The notes under the pieces: model-generated
Database searches by the model: none
Told to the model about the DNA's origin: nothing
The model's input: only the letters and a program-made list of their open reading frames with translations
Made by a program: the position numbers and the translations under genes
From: an uncultured delta proteobacterium
GTDB taxonomy: Bacteria > Desulfobacterota > Binatia > JACPRU01
Assembly: GCA_963745025.1 (NCBI GenBank)
Contig: CAVUWD010000015.1
Span: 36,441 to 100,440, forward strand
Length of the DNA: 64,000 nucleotides
Direction of reading: 5' to 3'
In this document: piece after piece, positions 1 through 12,284 of the stretch
How positions within the stretch are numbered: the first letter of the stretch is position 1
Layout: each line of letters begins with the position of its first letter

Positions 1-117
1 TCCATTGCCTACGTGTGGGAACACGCGTATTACATCGATTACCGCAATGCCAGGAAGAAGTATCTCGAGGCGTTCTGGAGCGTGGTGAACTGGGATGTCG
101 CCGCCGGACAACTGTGA
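1..117 (+). CDS. Fe/Mn superoxide dismutase, C-terminal part (5' end outside the window)
   Basis: Frame 1 reads [38 protein letters not shown], which contains the SOD signature (D)VWEHAYY..Y.N.R. Confidence 0.85.
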   Translation, partial: SIAYVWEHAYYIDYRNARKKYLEAFWSVVNWDVAAGQL

Positions 118-125
118 CGAAGGGG

Positions 126-210
126 GCTATCGGCTTTCGGCGCTCAGCCATCGGCAAAAGATGCACGGGATTGTCTTTTGCCGAAAGCTGATAGCTGACA
201 GCCGAAAGGC
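126..210. repeat. REP-like palindromic intergenic element, possible bidirectional terminator
   Basis: TCGGCAAAAGA (151-161) pairs with TCTTTTGCCGA (174-184). GCTATCGGCTTTCGGC (126-141) pairs with GCCGAAAGCTGATAGC (180-195). It lies between the convergent sod and treZ genes. Confidence 0.5.
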
Positions 211-222
211 TTGTACTCTGCA

Positions 223-2073
223 CTACGTGCGCCGGTAGACGAAAGCTGTATAACCCGGCACGGAAAGGACGAACGTGCCGTCGTGCGCACGAAGCGAATT
301 GGGCGCTGCGCGGCCGCTGCCGCCATAGCGCTCCTCATCGGTCGCGAGCACGCGGTGCCAGATTCGCTCTCGATCATCGTCTTCGAGAAGGACGCTCTGC
401 GGCATTGACGAGACGTTGAATACGGCCAGCAGCGCTCGGCCATTCGCGCCGCGATACCGCAGCGCGATCCAGCCATTCGCTCCGCCCGTCACGCACGCGT
501 CTGCGCCCAAGAGCTCAGGCTCCTCCCGGCGCAGCGCCAGTAGGTCCCGGTGCAAGCGAAGCAGCTCGGCGTGGCCCGGCGAACCGGCAGACGGCCAATC
601 GATCCGGGATCGCTCGAACGTCTCGACCGCTTGGGGATCCGGCACCTCGCCTTCCCAACCGAGGCTCACAAACTCTCTCTGGCGGCCCGTCCGCACGGCT
701 TCTACGAGATCACGATTGCCGTGACTCACGAAATAGAGGAACGGCCGCGTCTCGCCGTACTCTTGTCCCATGAAGACGAGCGGCGTGTACGGCGAGAGCA
801 GAAGCAACGCGGCGCAGAGCTTCTGCGCCTCGAAGGAAATCAGCGCGGCGAGCCGATCCCCACGGGCGCAATTCCCGACCTGGTCGTGATTCTGCGTGAA
901 GACCACGAAGCGCTCCGCCGGGAGGTCTCCGGCTGGGGCGCCGTGCCGACGGCGGCGAAACTTCGAGTGTCCGCCTCGTAGCACGAACCGTTCGCGAAGC
1001 ACCTCGGCGATCGCACCGACGCTGCCGAAGTCGGCGTAGTACCCGCGACGCTCGCCGGTGAGCGCCGCGTGTACGGCGTGGTGAAAGTCATCGCTCCATT
1101 GACCATCGAGGCCGAAGCCGCCATGCACCGGCGGTCGAACGATTCTCGGATCGTTGAGATCGCTCTCCGCGATCACCAGCGTGCGCCGGCCGAGGTTTTC
1201 GCCAAGCGCGTGAACGGCCGCGGTGATTTCGGCTAGAATGTGCTCGGCGGAAAAATCGAAGATGCTGTGAACCGCGTCGAGCCGAAGACCGTCGACGTGG
1301 CACTCGCTCACCCAGTAGAGTGCGTTGTCGACGAAATAGCGGCGGACCTCATCGCTGTCGGGGCCGTCGAAGTTGACGCCTTGGCCCCAAGGCGTGCGAT
1401 AACGGTCCGTGAAGTAGGGGCCGAACTCGGCCAGGTAATTCCCTTCCGGCCCGAGGTGGTTGTAAACGACGTCGAGAATCACCGCGAGCCCCACGCCGTG
1501 GGCCCGATCGACGAGGCGTCGCAGCCCCTCCGGGCCGCCGTAGGTGCTTTGCGGCGCGTAGGGATGAACTCCGTCGTACCCCCAGTTGCGGCCGCCGGGA
1601 AATTCCGCGACCGGCATCAGCTCGATTGCGGTGATGCCGAGACCGCGAAGCGCAGGCAGTCGCTCGATCGTGGCGTCGAAGGTGCCCGCCTCGCTGAACG
1701 TCCCGACGTGCAGTTCGTAGATCACCAGGTCTCGCATCCCCACGCCATGCCATCCAGCGTCGGACCAACGGAAGCCGCTCGGATCGACCACGCGCGAGGG
1801 CCCGTGCACACCGAACGGCTGATGGCGGCTCACAGGGTCCGGGCGGGCTCGGTCGCCGTCGACGACGTAGAAATAGTCGCTGCCGATCTGCGCGGCCTTC
1901 ACCACGCCCTGGAACGAACCGTCGTCGCGACGCTCGAGCGGATGGTCCACGTATCCGCGCGAGCCCGCGAGCCGGACGGCGATTCGCTCCGCGTGTGGGG
2001 CCCAGACGGCGAACCGCACGGCATGGTCGTCGCCGACGTTCGCCCCGCGCTCGAGCGACCACGAGAGCGTCAC
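223..2073 (-). CDS. treZ: Malto-oligosyltrehalose trehalohydrolase (GH13)
   Basis: Motifs FAVWAP, IYELHVGTF, RNWGYDGV, DVVYNHLGPEGNYL, GLRLDAVH, QNHDQVGN. The probable GTG start at 2073 overlaps the upstream stop. Confidence 0.92.
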   Translation of the reverse strand: MTLSWSLERGANVGDDHAVRFAVWAPHAERIAVRLAGSRGYVDHPLERRDDGSFQGVVKAAQIGSDYFYVVDGDRARPDPVSRHQPFGVHGPSRVVDPSGFRWSDAGWHGVGMRDLVIYELHVGTFSEAGTFDATIERLPALRGLGITAIELMPVAEFPGGRNWGYDGVHPYAPQSTYGGPEGLRRLVDRAHGVGLAVILDVVYNHLGPEGNYLAEFGPYFTDRYRTPWGQGVNFDGPDSDEVRRYFVDNALYWVSECHVDGLRLDAVHSIFDFSAEHILAEITAAVHALGENLGRRTLVIAESDLNDPRIVRPPVHGGFGLDGQWSDDFHHAVHAALTGERRGYYADFGSVGAIAEVLRERFVLRGGHSKFRRRRHGAPAGDLPAERFVVFTQNHDQVGNCARGDRLAALISFEAQKLCAALLLLSPYTPLVFMGQEYGETRPFLYFVSHGNRDLVEAVRTGRQREFVSLGWEGEVPDPQAVETFERSRIDWPSAGSPGHAELLRLHRDLLALRREEPELLGADACVTGGANGWIALRYRGANGRALLAVFNVSSMPQSVLLEDDDRERIWHRVLATDEERYGGSGRAAPNSLRAHDGTFVLSVPGYTAFVYRRT

Positions 2074-2866
2074 GGCGCTCTCACTGCGGCAACCGTGGGG
2101 GGTCGGACAGAACGCGCGCGAACGGCGCGGCGCGGAAGTAGCCGCCTCGAAACGCCCCTTGCATCTCCGTCGCCAGCGCAGCCGCTTCGGCTCGGAACGG
2201 GCGCGCGTCCGCGCTGGCGGGAGCGTCTTCCTTGACGGTGACGGCGGCCGCATTCGCGAACGAGCGCAACATGCCGGCGACGTCGCGAAGCGGGCTGTGA
2301 CGCCGCCGGCGCTCGGCGAGCGGACGCGCTGGCTCGCCTTCGAAGTCGAGAATCACGTAGCATGGAGCTGTTGCTCTGCTCGCCTTCGAGGAGGCGCGAG
2401 GGAGTCTCGGGCTCCGGCAGCGACTCACCGTAGGGCGCGGCGATCCAGCGTGTGCCATGCGCCTCGAAGCGCTCGCGATCGCGGAGCGCGCGCAGCAAGC
2501 GCGCGCGGAAGCCCGCGTCGCGAACGGCGTCGACGAGGACGCCGCGCCCGGCACCCGACTCGACCACCGCCAGCACACCGGCCTCATTCGCATCACCGCG
2601 CCGAACGGTGAGGGGGAGCTGGTGCGTGGCGATCGACGCCTGCTGAGCAGTGATCTCGACGCGTGCGATCGCGGCGTCGATCGGCTCGCGGAAGAGTGGC
2701 ATCACGTCGCGGAAGCGCCCCGTCGGATCGGCGAGACCCTTCGAACCGAACCTGCGCTGCGGGCGGAGAAAATCGATCAGCGGCTCGCCGTCGAGCTCGC
2801 GGAGCGCGGAGAGGCTCAAGGCGTCTCGCAAACGCCCTTCGACGCGAACGGTCGCGGGGGCCACCA

Positions 2867-2870
<4 letters not shown>
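2070..2870 (-). pseudogene. Maltokinase (Pep2/Mak)-like remnant with internal deletion and frameshifts
   Basis: EQSNSS in one frame is directly followed by [33 protein letters not shown] in another frame. The central kinase region is missing. Confidence 0.75.
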
Positions 2871-4510
<1,640 letters not shown>

Positions 4511-4514
<4 letters not shown>

Positions 4515-4920
4515 CGTGCCGCTCCCCGCTCCACTCGAAGGACTTGGCCCGCCTGACCCATGGTCGGGTCCAGGCGCACGTAGTTCCGGCTTCCTCTCCA
4601 GCTGTAGCGAGTTCCGCTCAGCAAATCGTCCACGAAGTAGGTCTCGTCGTGCGTGATGCCGAGGTCGCCGAGAGGAACATGCACCATGGTCTCGTGTGGA
4701 CGGTGCGGGCAAACTCAGGCTATCAGCAGCTCGTTGCCGGGCGCGGATCGACGATAGAACAGGATCTGCTCGTTCTCGGAGTGGAGGAACGTCACGTTCC
4801 CATAGAGCTGCAACGCTCGATTCTCACGGCGGATCCGGTTGAGGAGGGCGATGTCCGACTTGAGATTGCCGGGGGCACTCCAATCCCGGACCCGGATCTC
4901 GAACTTATCGGCATCTGGAA
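4511..4920 (-). pseudogene. glgE: Alpha-1,4-glucan:maltose-1-phosphate maltosyltransferase, C-terminal fragment
   Basis: KFEIRVRDW..PGNL...I..LNRIRRENRALQ...NEQILFY, then after a frameshift DDLLSGTRYSWRGSRNYVRLDP. The stop overlaps the treS ATG. Confidence 0.8.
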
Positions 4921-5311
4921 CTCTTCGGCGCTCCAAGTCAAACGCTCTCTCTTTTGCTGAACAGTTTCACCTCCACTGCTGTCGTTGATGCGAATACTAT
5001 TGTTGCTCCACGAGGTTCGTCATCCTTCTGTTCGCGCTCTCGTTGTGGCGATGCTTACAGGTTCGCCGGCCATGCTGGGGGTGCGAGGGTCGGAGGCGCC
5101 ATCCATCCATCGGCCTCGATTGCGGCCAAGCCGGTACGCGCGCTCTCCAGACGCTTGCGTGGAACCAGTGGAAACATCCTTCGCTTTGTCGCTCTTGGTC
5201 CGCTCGATCAGGCCGCCTCCGGCGCAACCGCTACGGTTCGAAGCTTCCCTGGCTCGACCGTCTACCACGTTGGAGTGGTGGCCAGCCGCTTCATCCTCTA
5301 TCCTCTCTATC

Positions 5312-5829
5312 CTCGGATCCCAGGCCCAGTTCGAGGGCTCGAAGTCCTTCAAGATGATGCGCGCCTCGGGGTAGCGCTCGGTCGAGTCGCTCCAGACGTA
5401 GAAGTCGCGCTCGACCGACCCGGGGGGCGCGCGGCGCGCGCGCTTGAACCACGGGTGCTGGTCCGAGGTGTGGTTGAGGACCAGCTCCATGATCACGCGG
5501 ATGCCGCGCTTGTGCGCCTCGTCGAGCAGCAGCTCGAAGTCGGCGAGCGTCCCGCAGTCGGGGTGCACGTCGGTGTAGTCCGCGATGTCGTAGCCGTCGT
5601 CGCGCAGCGGCGACGGGTAGAACGGCAGCAGCCAGATGGCGGTGATCCCCAGGTCCGCCAGGTAGTCGAGCTTGGAGGCCACGCCCCGGAAGTCGCCGAT
5701 GCCGTCGCCGTTGGCGTCGAAGAACGAGCGCACGCGCAGCTCGTAGATGACCGCGTCCTTGTACCAGAGCGGGTCCTTCCCCAGGTGCGGCGCCCGCCGC
5801 GGCGGCGCGATCAGATGTCGCTTGATCAA
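5312..5829 (-). pseudogene. treS: Second trehalose synthase, N-terminal fragment only
   Basis: [29 protein letters not shown]...[13 protein letters not shown]...[10 protein letters not shown]...SNWAWDP, then homology stops abruptly. Confidence 0.85.
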
Positions 5830-7347
5830 GACGTTGGCTCCGCGGACATCGGGCCCAGGCGGTCGTACGTGGTGGCCAGATCGCGCAGGCGTGCGGCGAT
5901 GGCCGGCGTGAGCGCGCCAGTCGGGAGCTGCCAGCTCCAGTTGCCGGTCTCGACGCCGGGGCGGTTCATGCGCGCCTCGGAGCCCACGCCCAGCAGATCC
6001 TGCGCCGGGATGACGGCCAGGTTGGCGACCGAGGCGAACACGGCGCGGATCATCTTCCAGTGGATCTCGCTCGGGTCGCCGTCGGCGCCCAGGTAGTGCA
6101 GCGCCAAGCGCCGCTCCTTCTCCGTCTGCGCGCCGTCGCGCGTGCCGCTGCCCGCGTCGCCGAACCAGCCGACGGTGGTGTCGTTGTCGTGCGTACCCGT
6201 GTAGACGACGGCGTGCCGCGTGTAGTTGTGCGGCAGGAAGTCGCGCGCGTTCGGATCGGTGCCGAACGCGAACTGCAGGATCTTGATCCCCGGCAGATCG
6301 AATTGGTCGCGCAGCGCGCGGACCTCGGGCGTCACGACGCCCAGGTCCTCGGCGATGAGCGGCAGCTGCCCCAGCGCGTCGCGCACGGCGTGGAAGAAGT
6401 CGGCGCCGGGGCCCTGCCTCCAGCGTCCGTTGACGGCCGTCGGCTCGCGCCCGGGGATCTCCCAGTACCGAGTGAACCCGATGAAGTGATCCAGGCGGAC
6501 GGCGTCGAAGCATGCTCAGCGCCGCCCGGAAACGCTCCACCCACCAGCCGTACCCGCCGGCCCGCAGCCGCTCCCAGCCGTAGAGCGGGTTGCCCCAGCG
6601 CTGCCCCGTCTCGCTGAAGTAGTCCGGCGGCACGCCCGCCACCAGCGACGGCTCGCCGGTCTCGTCCAGCGCGAACAGCTCGCGGTGCTGCCACACGTCC
6701 GCGCTGTCGTGCGCCACGAAGATCGGCATGTCGCCGATGAGGCCGACGCCTCGCGCGTGGGCGTGCGCGCGCAGCGCCCGCCAGTCGCGCGCGAACCGCC
6801 ACTGCTGGAAGCGCACGTACGCGATCTCGTCGGCGAACGTGGCGCGCGCGCGGGCCAGCGCCGCGGGCTGGCGGTCGCGCAGCGCGGGCTCCCAGCGCGT
6901 CCACTGCACCTCGTCGTGGGCGCGCTTGAGCGCCCGGTAGAGCGCGAAGTCCTCCAGCCAGCCGGCGGTTTCCGCGCAGTACCCTTCGAATTCGACGTGG
7001 TCGCGGTCACCGGCGGCGCGCTGCCCAAAAGCGGCGCAGGCCGCCCGGAGCTGGTCGTCGTGGGAACGTTTCCGGTCGCCCTCGGCCAGCAGCCCGTCGT
7101 CGGCGAGGTGGTCCGCGCTGACCAACGCCGGGTTGCCCGCGAACGCCGACTGCGCGCTGTAAGGGGAATTGCCGTAGCCAGTGGGCCCGACGGGCAGCAT
7201 CTGCCACCAGCGCTGGCCGGCCGCCACCAGGAACTCCACGAACCGCCGCGCCTCCGGCCCCAGGTCACCCGCCGCGCCTTCCCTCCCCGGCAAGCTGGTC
7301 GGGTGGAGGAGGATGCCGCTCGTCCGATCGTCCAGCTTGGGAATCAT
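5826..7347 (-). pseudogene. malQ: 4-alpha-glucanotransferase (amylomaltase, GH77), frameshifted near 6505
   Basis: [55 protein letters not shown]. It continues as [24 protein letters not shown] in a second frame. Confidence 0.9.
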
Positions 7348-7638
7348 CGCGGCGCGGGAGGGGAGGCTCCCGCGGGCCCCAGCTTAGCCAGCGTCTCGTT
7401 AATCACAAGACCGGTGCGCACGGGGCCAACGCGCGCGACACACAGATCACCCGGGTTTTCATCTCGATTCCCTTCCACGCTCCGGTTTCAAGTCCCGGGG
7501 TTAGTGCTGCACGCCCGGAGGAGCGCCCACGACCTCGGAGTAGACCATGAAGCGGATCGGCGCGGCAAAAGAGAGGATAGCCACCGAATTCTACATACAC
7601 CATCTGCGATGTCGGACGCTGGCGGACTGCCCGTCCGC

Positions 7639-7740
7639 CTGCGGCAGCGAGAGGACCTTGACCTCGAGCGGCGCACGATCCGGATCTGGCGGGTGAAAAA
7701 CGGTTACTCGGGGGAGAAGCCGCTGTTTCGGACGCTCGCT
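7639..7740 (+). pseudogene. Short tyrosine-recombinase (FimB/XerD-like) fragment
   Basis: LRQREDLDLERRTIRIWRVKNGYSGEKPL resembles the patch II / catalytic Lys region of tyrosine recombinases. Confidence 0.45.
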
Positions 7741-7876
7741 ATGCCACCCTCGCCGATCTCCCTCCCAACCGGAGCCTTCGCGCTCGGCGAGACGATCTTC
7801 GTCGTGGTCGGTTTCGCTTCCACTTCCACGTGCATGGAATTGTCCCTGCTACCTGGTGGCGAGCCAAAGCGCGCCG

Positions 7877-8686
7877 CTACTGCGGCTTCACCTCGATGGT
7901 GGTCTTCTTGACGGTGATCCAATCGTCGATGACGTCGTCGAGAGTGCCGTCCTTCCTCCAGCGCTTGAGGATGTTGTTGAGCTGCGCCAGCAGCTCCGGG
8001 TTGTCCTTTGGCACCGCCCAGGCAAGATACTCGGTGGTCAGCGGCCGGTAGAGCCCCGTCAGCGTCGGGTGCTCGTTCATGAAGCCGCCGGTGACACGCC
8101 ACACCGCCGGCGCATCCTGGATGAAGAAATCGATCTGGTCGTTCTCCAACGCCGCGACGCCTTCTCCGGTGTCGGTATAGCCGTGCAGCTTGGCCTTCTT
8201 CAGATTCGCGCGCGCCCACTGCTCACCGGTGGTGCGCGAGACGTAGCCGACGCGCGACTTCGGCCGGTCCATCGCCTTCGGATCGCGCAGGGCGGGGTAG
8301 TCCGCCTTGCGCACGATCACCATCTGCCCGACGGTCAGGTACGGCTCGGTGAAGTTGACCTTCTCCTTGCGCTCCTCAGTGATCGACGTGCCCGACATCA
8401 CCATGTCGATCTTTTTCGCTTCTAGCGCCGGGCCGAGCTCCTCCCACTCCGTTTCGACGATCTCCACCTTGCGGTTGAGCGCGCTGCGGAGCCGCTTGGC
8501 GAAATCCACCTCGATGCCCTTGAGCTTCCCGTTCTGCTTGAACGCCAGTGGCGGATAGTTCGGTGCCATGCCGACGCGCAACGGCGGCAACTCTTCGGCG
8601 GTCGCGCCGCGGCCCAGCGCCGCCACCAGCGCCAGAGCCATCGCAGCGCGCCTCAGGGGAATACTCGACCGCACGTCGTACATCAT
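7877..8686 (-). CDS. Amino-acid ABC transporter substrate-binding protein (family 3)
   Basis: Signal peptide, LRVGMAPNYPPLAF, GIEVD, KIDMVMSGTSITEERKEKVNFTEPY. Confidence 0.9.
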   Translation of the reverse strand: MMYDVRSSIPLRRAAMALALVAALGRGATAEELPPLRVGMAPNYPPLAFKQNGKLKGIEVDFAKRLRSALNRKVEIVETEWEELGPALEAKKIDMVMSGTSITEERKEKVNFTEPYLTVGQMVIVRKADYPALRDPKAMDRPKSRVGYVSRTTGEQWARANLKKAKLHGYTDTGEGVAALENDQIDFFIQDAPAVWRVTGGFMNEHPTLTGLYRPLTTEYLAWAVPKDNPELLAQLNNILKRWRKDGTLDDVIDDWITVKKTTIEVKPQ

Positions 8687-9146
8687 CTCCTTCCCTCCCT
8701 GCGCGGCCCGAGCTTTCTCGCAAGCGACCGCCGCCTGTCAATCCGACACGCGAGCACGTCGGACGCTCTCTGACCTCCACGGTGAAGGCCGCCCTCGAGG
8801 CTCGCCGGTCGCAGGCGGGAAAGCTCGGCGTGGAGCGCGCACGTGGTCTCAGCGCAGCCGCGTGCTAGAGAGCGGGTGAAGGCGTCCAGAGTCCCTGTCG
8901 TCCAGAGAAGAGTGGGAACAATCGCGCAGAAGCGCGGGTTCTCAACCGCGCCGAGCGTGATCGTCAGCCTCGTTGGAACCCTCTGAACTGCGGCGGTTGG
9001 CGCCGTCGGTCCCGCGTTCGCCGAGATCGCTGGCCCGCGCTTTTCGACGCGCGTTTCCACTGTTAGAGAAGAACAGGTGTGCGTCGCTGTCGCCGCGTCG
9101 CCACCGACGTCGCCAAGACCACGAGCCGAGATCCCGGGAGGAAAGT

Positions 9147-10142
9147 ATGGGCGCCAACAAGCAATGGATTTATGCGCGCAAGCCAGTCGCAGAAGTCGGT
9201 CCTGAGAACTTCGAGCTTCGCGAGACCGAGATGCCCGAAGCGAAAGCCGGGGAAGTGCTGGTCCGTTCGACGCTGCTTTCGCTGGATCCGGCAAGCCGGG
9301 CCTGGATGCAGGGCACGACGTATCGCTCTCAACTCAATCCTGGTGAGGTCATGGCCGGCTGGGGTGTGGGCGAAGTGGTCTCCTCCACCACGAAGGGCTT
9401 CGCGCCCGGCGACCTGGTCAGCGGCGAATTCGGCTGGCAGCAATACGCCGCCCTGCCCGCCAGTCTGCTGACGAAGCATGATCGCAAACACAAGCCCGAG
9501 CATATTCTAGGAGTGCTCGGCATCACCGGGCTCACCGCCTATTTCGGCATGCTCGATGTGGGACGGCCGCGCCCAGGGGAGACCGTCCTCGTCTCGGGCG
9601 CGGCGGGCGCCGTCGGATCGGTTGCCGGCCAGATTGCCAAGATCAACGGTTGCCGCGTGGTCGGGACCACGCGCGGGGCCGACAAGTGCCGATGGATCGT
9701 TGATGAGGTCGGCTTCGATGCCGCCGTCGACTACACAGGCGAAAATCTCGACAAAGCCCTCAAGGCAGCCTGCCCAAACGGAATCGACGTCTATTTCGAC
9801 AATACCGGCGGTGATGTGCTGGCTGCCGCACTGCGCCGCATGAATCCCTTTGGCCGTGTGTCGTGCTGCGGCGCCATTTCGCAGTACAACACGAGCACGC
9901 CCGCGCCTGGGCCGTTCGGCGTGCCCGGCTTTCTCGTCACCAAGCGCATCCGCATGGAAGGCTTCATCGTAATGGACTTCTACAACCGGCGCGCACAGGC
10001 CGAAGCCGCCCTCGCGCGCTGGGTCGCCGAGGGCAGACTGAAGGCGGCAGTCGACGTCATCGAGGGCTTCGCGAAAATGCCCGCAGCGCTCGCTGGTATG
10101 TTCGCGGGGAAGAATCGCGGCAAGCTGATGATCCGCGTATGA
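9147..10142 (+). CDS. NADP-dependent oxidoreductase (CurA/YncB/PTGR-like)
   Basis: LSLDPASRAWM, LGVLGITGLTAYFGML, VLVSGAAGAVGS, GIDVYFDNTGG, GKNRGKL. RBS GGAGG. Confidence 0.9.
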   Translation: MGANKQWIYARKPVAEVGPENFELRETEMPEAKAGEVLVRSTLLSLDPASRAWMQGTTYRSQLNPGEVMAGWGVGEVVSSTTKGFAPGDLVSGEFGWQQYAALPASLLTKHDRKHKPEHILGVLGITGLTAYFGMLDVGRPRPGETVLVSGAAGAVGSVAGQIAKINGCRVVGTTRGADKCRWIVDEVGFDAAVDYTGENLDKALKAACPNGIDVYFDNTGGDVLAAALRRMNPFGRVSCCGAISQYNTSTPAPGPFGVPGFLVTKRIRMEGFIVMDFYNRRAQAEAALARWVAEGRLKAAVDVIEGFAKMPAALAGMFAGKNRGKLMIRV

Positions 10143-10702
10143 CGGGCAAGATGGGCGACGGAAGGGTCGCTCGTCTGGGTACCCGAAGATCACCAACCGG
10201 CTCACAGTCGGTGCGCGCGCAAGCGGCGTATCTCCGACGGGGAGATGCCGACACGCCCGAGCCTAGGGCGAGGACAGCTCCGCGACGGACAACTGTCAGG
10301 CGGTAACCAATCCGCGGATATCAGCAGGATCAATCGTCACTAGAACCGGCGCCGCCGAAAAGGGCGACTCGACGAAGAACTCACGGATCAGTGAGGCGGG
10401 ACCACTGTCGCCAGTTGACAAACAACAGCCATATCAACGCTTGGCGAGTAAAATGAATCTGCCGTGTCTCGTTGTAGTCCTTTGTGCCAGGTGGGATACG
10501 AGACGGATGAAGCGCGTGAACAGGGCGGCGATCTTTTCGCGAAGAAAGCGCTCAGGAACTTGATAGTTTGCGAGCGATTGGGCCGGTAGGCAGCGAGAAA
10601 TCGTCGAACCAACATGCCGCCGCAATCAAGCTCATCCAAAACCGCAACGTGCAGCCGAGGCTGCCGGTCGATCGTCACCTCAAAGCGCGATATCATCGAG
10701 AC

Positions 10703-11341
10703 GTGAACGCGAATCGCACAGAGCGCGATTTCGGCCTCGCCGACCTCGCGGACGAAGCATGGAAGCCCGCCGCCGAACTGGGCCTGCTCCTGGTCGATCG
10801 TGTCTTCTGGGGCTTCGGCGTGCGCCGGGGCGACGGGCGGCCCGTGCTCGTGCTGCCAGGGCTCTATGGCGGAGACCGCTACTTGGGTCCGCTGCGCGAC
10901 TGGCTTCGCCGGATGGGCTACGGCCCTGTGCCTTCTGGTCTAGACCGAAATCCAGGATGGTCGGAGCCGCTGGTCAACGACCTGGGAGAACTGGCGGAAG
11001 CCCACTTTCGGCGGAGCGGTCAGCGGGTGACGATCATCGGCCACAGCATGGGTGGCTTGCAGGGACGTGCGGTAGCGGCTCGCCGCACACGAGCCGTCCG
11101 CCACGTGATCGCGCTCGGTTCACCCTTGACGATGGCCCGAGGCCGCTTACCGGACGAGGTGCGGATCACCGCGATTTACAGCCGAGGCGACCGCATCGTG
11201 CGCTATCCTGCGGCGATGGAGCGCGATCCCCGGGCAACGAACATCGAAGTGCCCGGTAGCCACATCGGGCTGACCTTCAATCCAGCGGTGTACCGTGTGC
11301 TCGCCCGCATCCTGTCGGAGCCGGACCGGGAAGTGATTTGA
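10703..11341 (+). CDS. Alpha/beta hydrolase (lipase/PGAP1-like)
   Basis: GDGRPVLVLPG, nucleophile motif IGHSMGG, LGSP, SHIGL. Start uncertain. Confidence 0.8.
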   Translation: MNANRTERDFGLADLADEAWKPAAELGLLLVDRVFWGFGVRRGDGRPVLVLPGLYGGDRYLGPLRDWLRRMGYGPVPSGLDRNPGWSEPLVNDLGELAEAHFRRSGQRVTIIGHSMGGLQGRAVAARRTRAVRHVIALGSPLTMARGRLPDEVRITAIYSRGDRIVRYPAAMERDPRATNIEVPGSHIGLTFNPAVYRVLARILSEPDREVI

Positions 11342-11392
11342 GCACCGAACGCGGGCCGACCCTTTGGCCGTCTCGCCGGATTCACGTCCGCG

Positions 11393-11431
11393 CTTCTCAC
11401 CTTCGAACGACCTCCTGAACGACCTCCCGGC
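11393..11431 (+). repeat. 39-bp direct repeat, copy A (copy B at 28724-28762)
   Basis: CTTCTCACCTTCGAACGACCTCCTGAACGACCTCCCGGC, 37/39 identical to copy B, with internal tandem AACRACCTCC. Confidence 0.8.
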
Positions 11432-11528
11432 GACAGCGCGCAGCGGGGCGAGAGGATAGCCGGGACAAGCGGCCGAGTTGACGTAAAGCCTCAATCTCCG
11501 ACGCTGCCCAAACACGAGACGCCCATTT

Positions 11529-12185
11529 CTACGGCTCGGCCGTCGTGTCCTGCAGCACGAAATCGATCGGCGTGCCCTTCTCGACGACGCGGAACATGAT
11601 GGGCATTGCCTGGTTGTCGAGCCAGACGTCCTGCCGCTTGTCGCCCAAGACGACGAAGTGTCGGGCGGAGACCGGAATGCCATTAATGGAAATCGTTTCG
11701 TAGTCGCCGCCGGATATGTGAACGGCGATGATCCTGCCCGTGTCCGTGAAAACCATCGTCCCCTCGCCGGTGCGCTTGAGGACCCATGGGTCCGAGGGGG
11801 CGATGGTCGCCGGACCGGCGAATGAGCCAGCCGTCGCATTCACCACGAACTGGTCGCCTTGAGCCTCGCCATGCACTTCGGCGTGCTGGCCGTCCTTCTC
11901 AGTCACACTTTGCAGAGAAACCAGCCGATTACCGCGCATGATCTCGGTGATGTCGGACTCTTGCCGATAGACGACGATGCCCAGAAAGGTCACCGCCACG
12001 CGCAGACGTGAGTCGATACGCGTCGCTTCGCGGCTGCGGTCGATGGTGTCGGTGAAAGTGCCGATGTCGCCGTAAGTCGGATGTATGATGGAGTACGTGT
12101 AGATTTGCTGTTCTGCCAGCGCCGGCGTAGCGCCCGCTGTGATGCTCAAACCGATTGCGATGGCAATTGCCCTGACTCGAGTCAT
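11529..12185 (-). CDS. Secreted protein, DUF6134-like
   Basis: Signal peptide (ATPALA), YGDIGT, V.FLGIVVYRQES...E...GNRLVSL, VWLD. Family recalled from motifs. Confidence 0.6.
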   Translation of the reverse strand: MTRVRAIAIAIGLSITAGATPALAEQQIYTYSIIHPTYGDIGTFTDTIDRSREATRIDSRLRVAVTFLGIVVYRQESDITEIMRGNRLVSLQSVTEKDGQHAEVHGEAQGDQFVVNATAGSFAGPATIAPSDPWVLKRTGEGTMVFTDTGRIIAVHISGGDYETISINGIPVSARHFVVLGDKRQDVWLDNQAMPIMFRVVEKGTPIDFVLQDTTAEP

Positions 12186-12284
12186 CGGATGTCCCCCTCT
12201 CCCGTCGACTCGACGGAATCGCCATAGGCGCCGGTGGGGGGGTTTACACATGGATCCATGGCCGCTCGCGACGCCTGGGCGACC

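Noticed and set aside
1-30. SOD motif reads YVWEHAYY instead of DVWEHAYY, apparently losing a metal ligand
   Set aside because: It lies at the very edge of the window, and the preceding residues do not look SOD-like. A junction or sequence error is as likely as a real variant.
5020-7347. 775-aa ORF that looks like a MalQ-TreS fusion
   Set aside because: It arises from a frameshift in malQ. The intervening translation is out-of-frame text, and the true MalQ C-terminus is in ORF 5826-6386.
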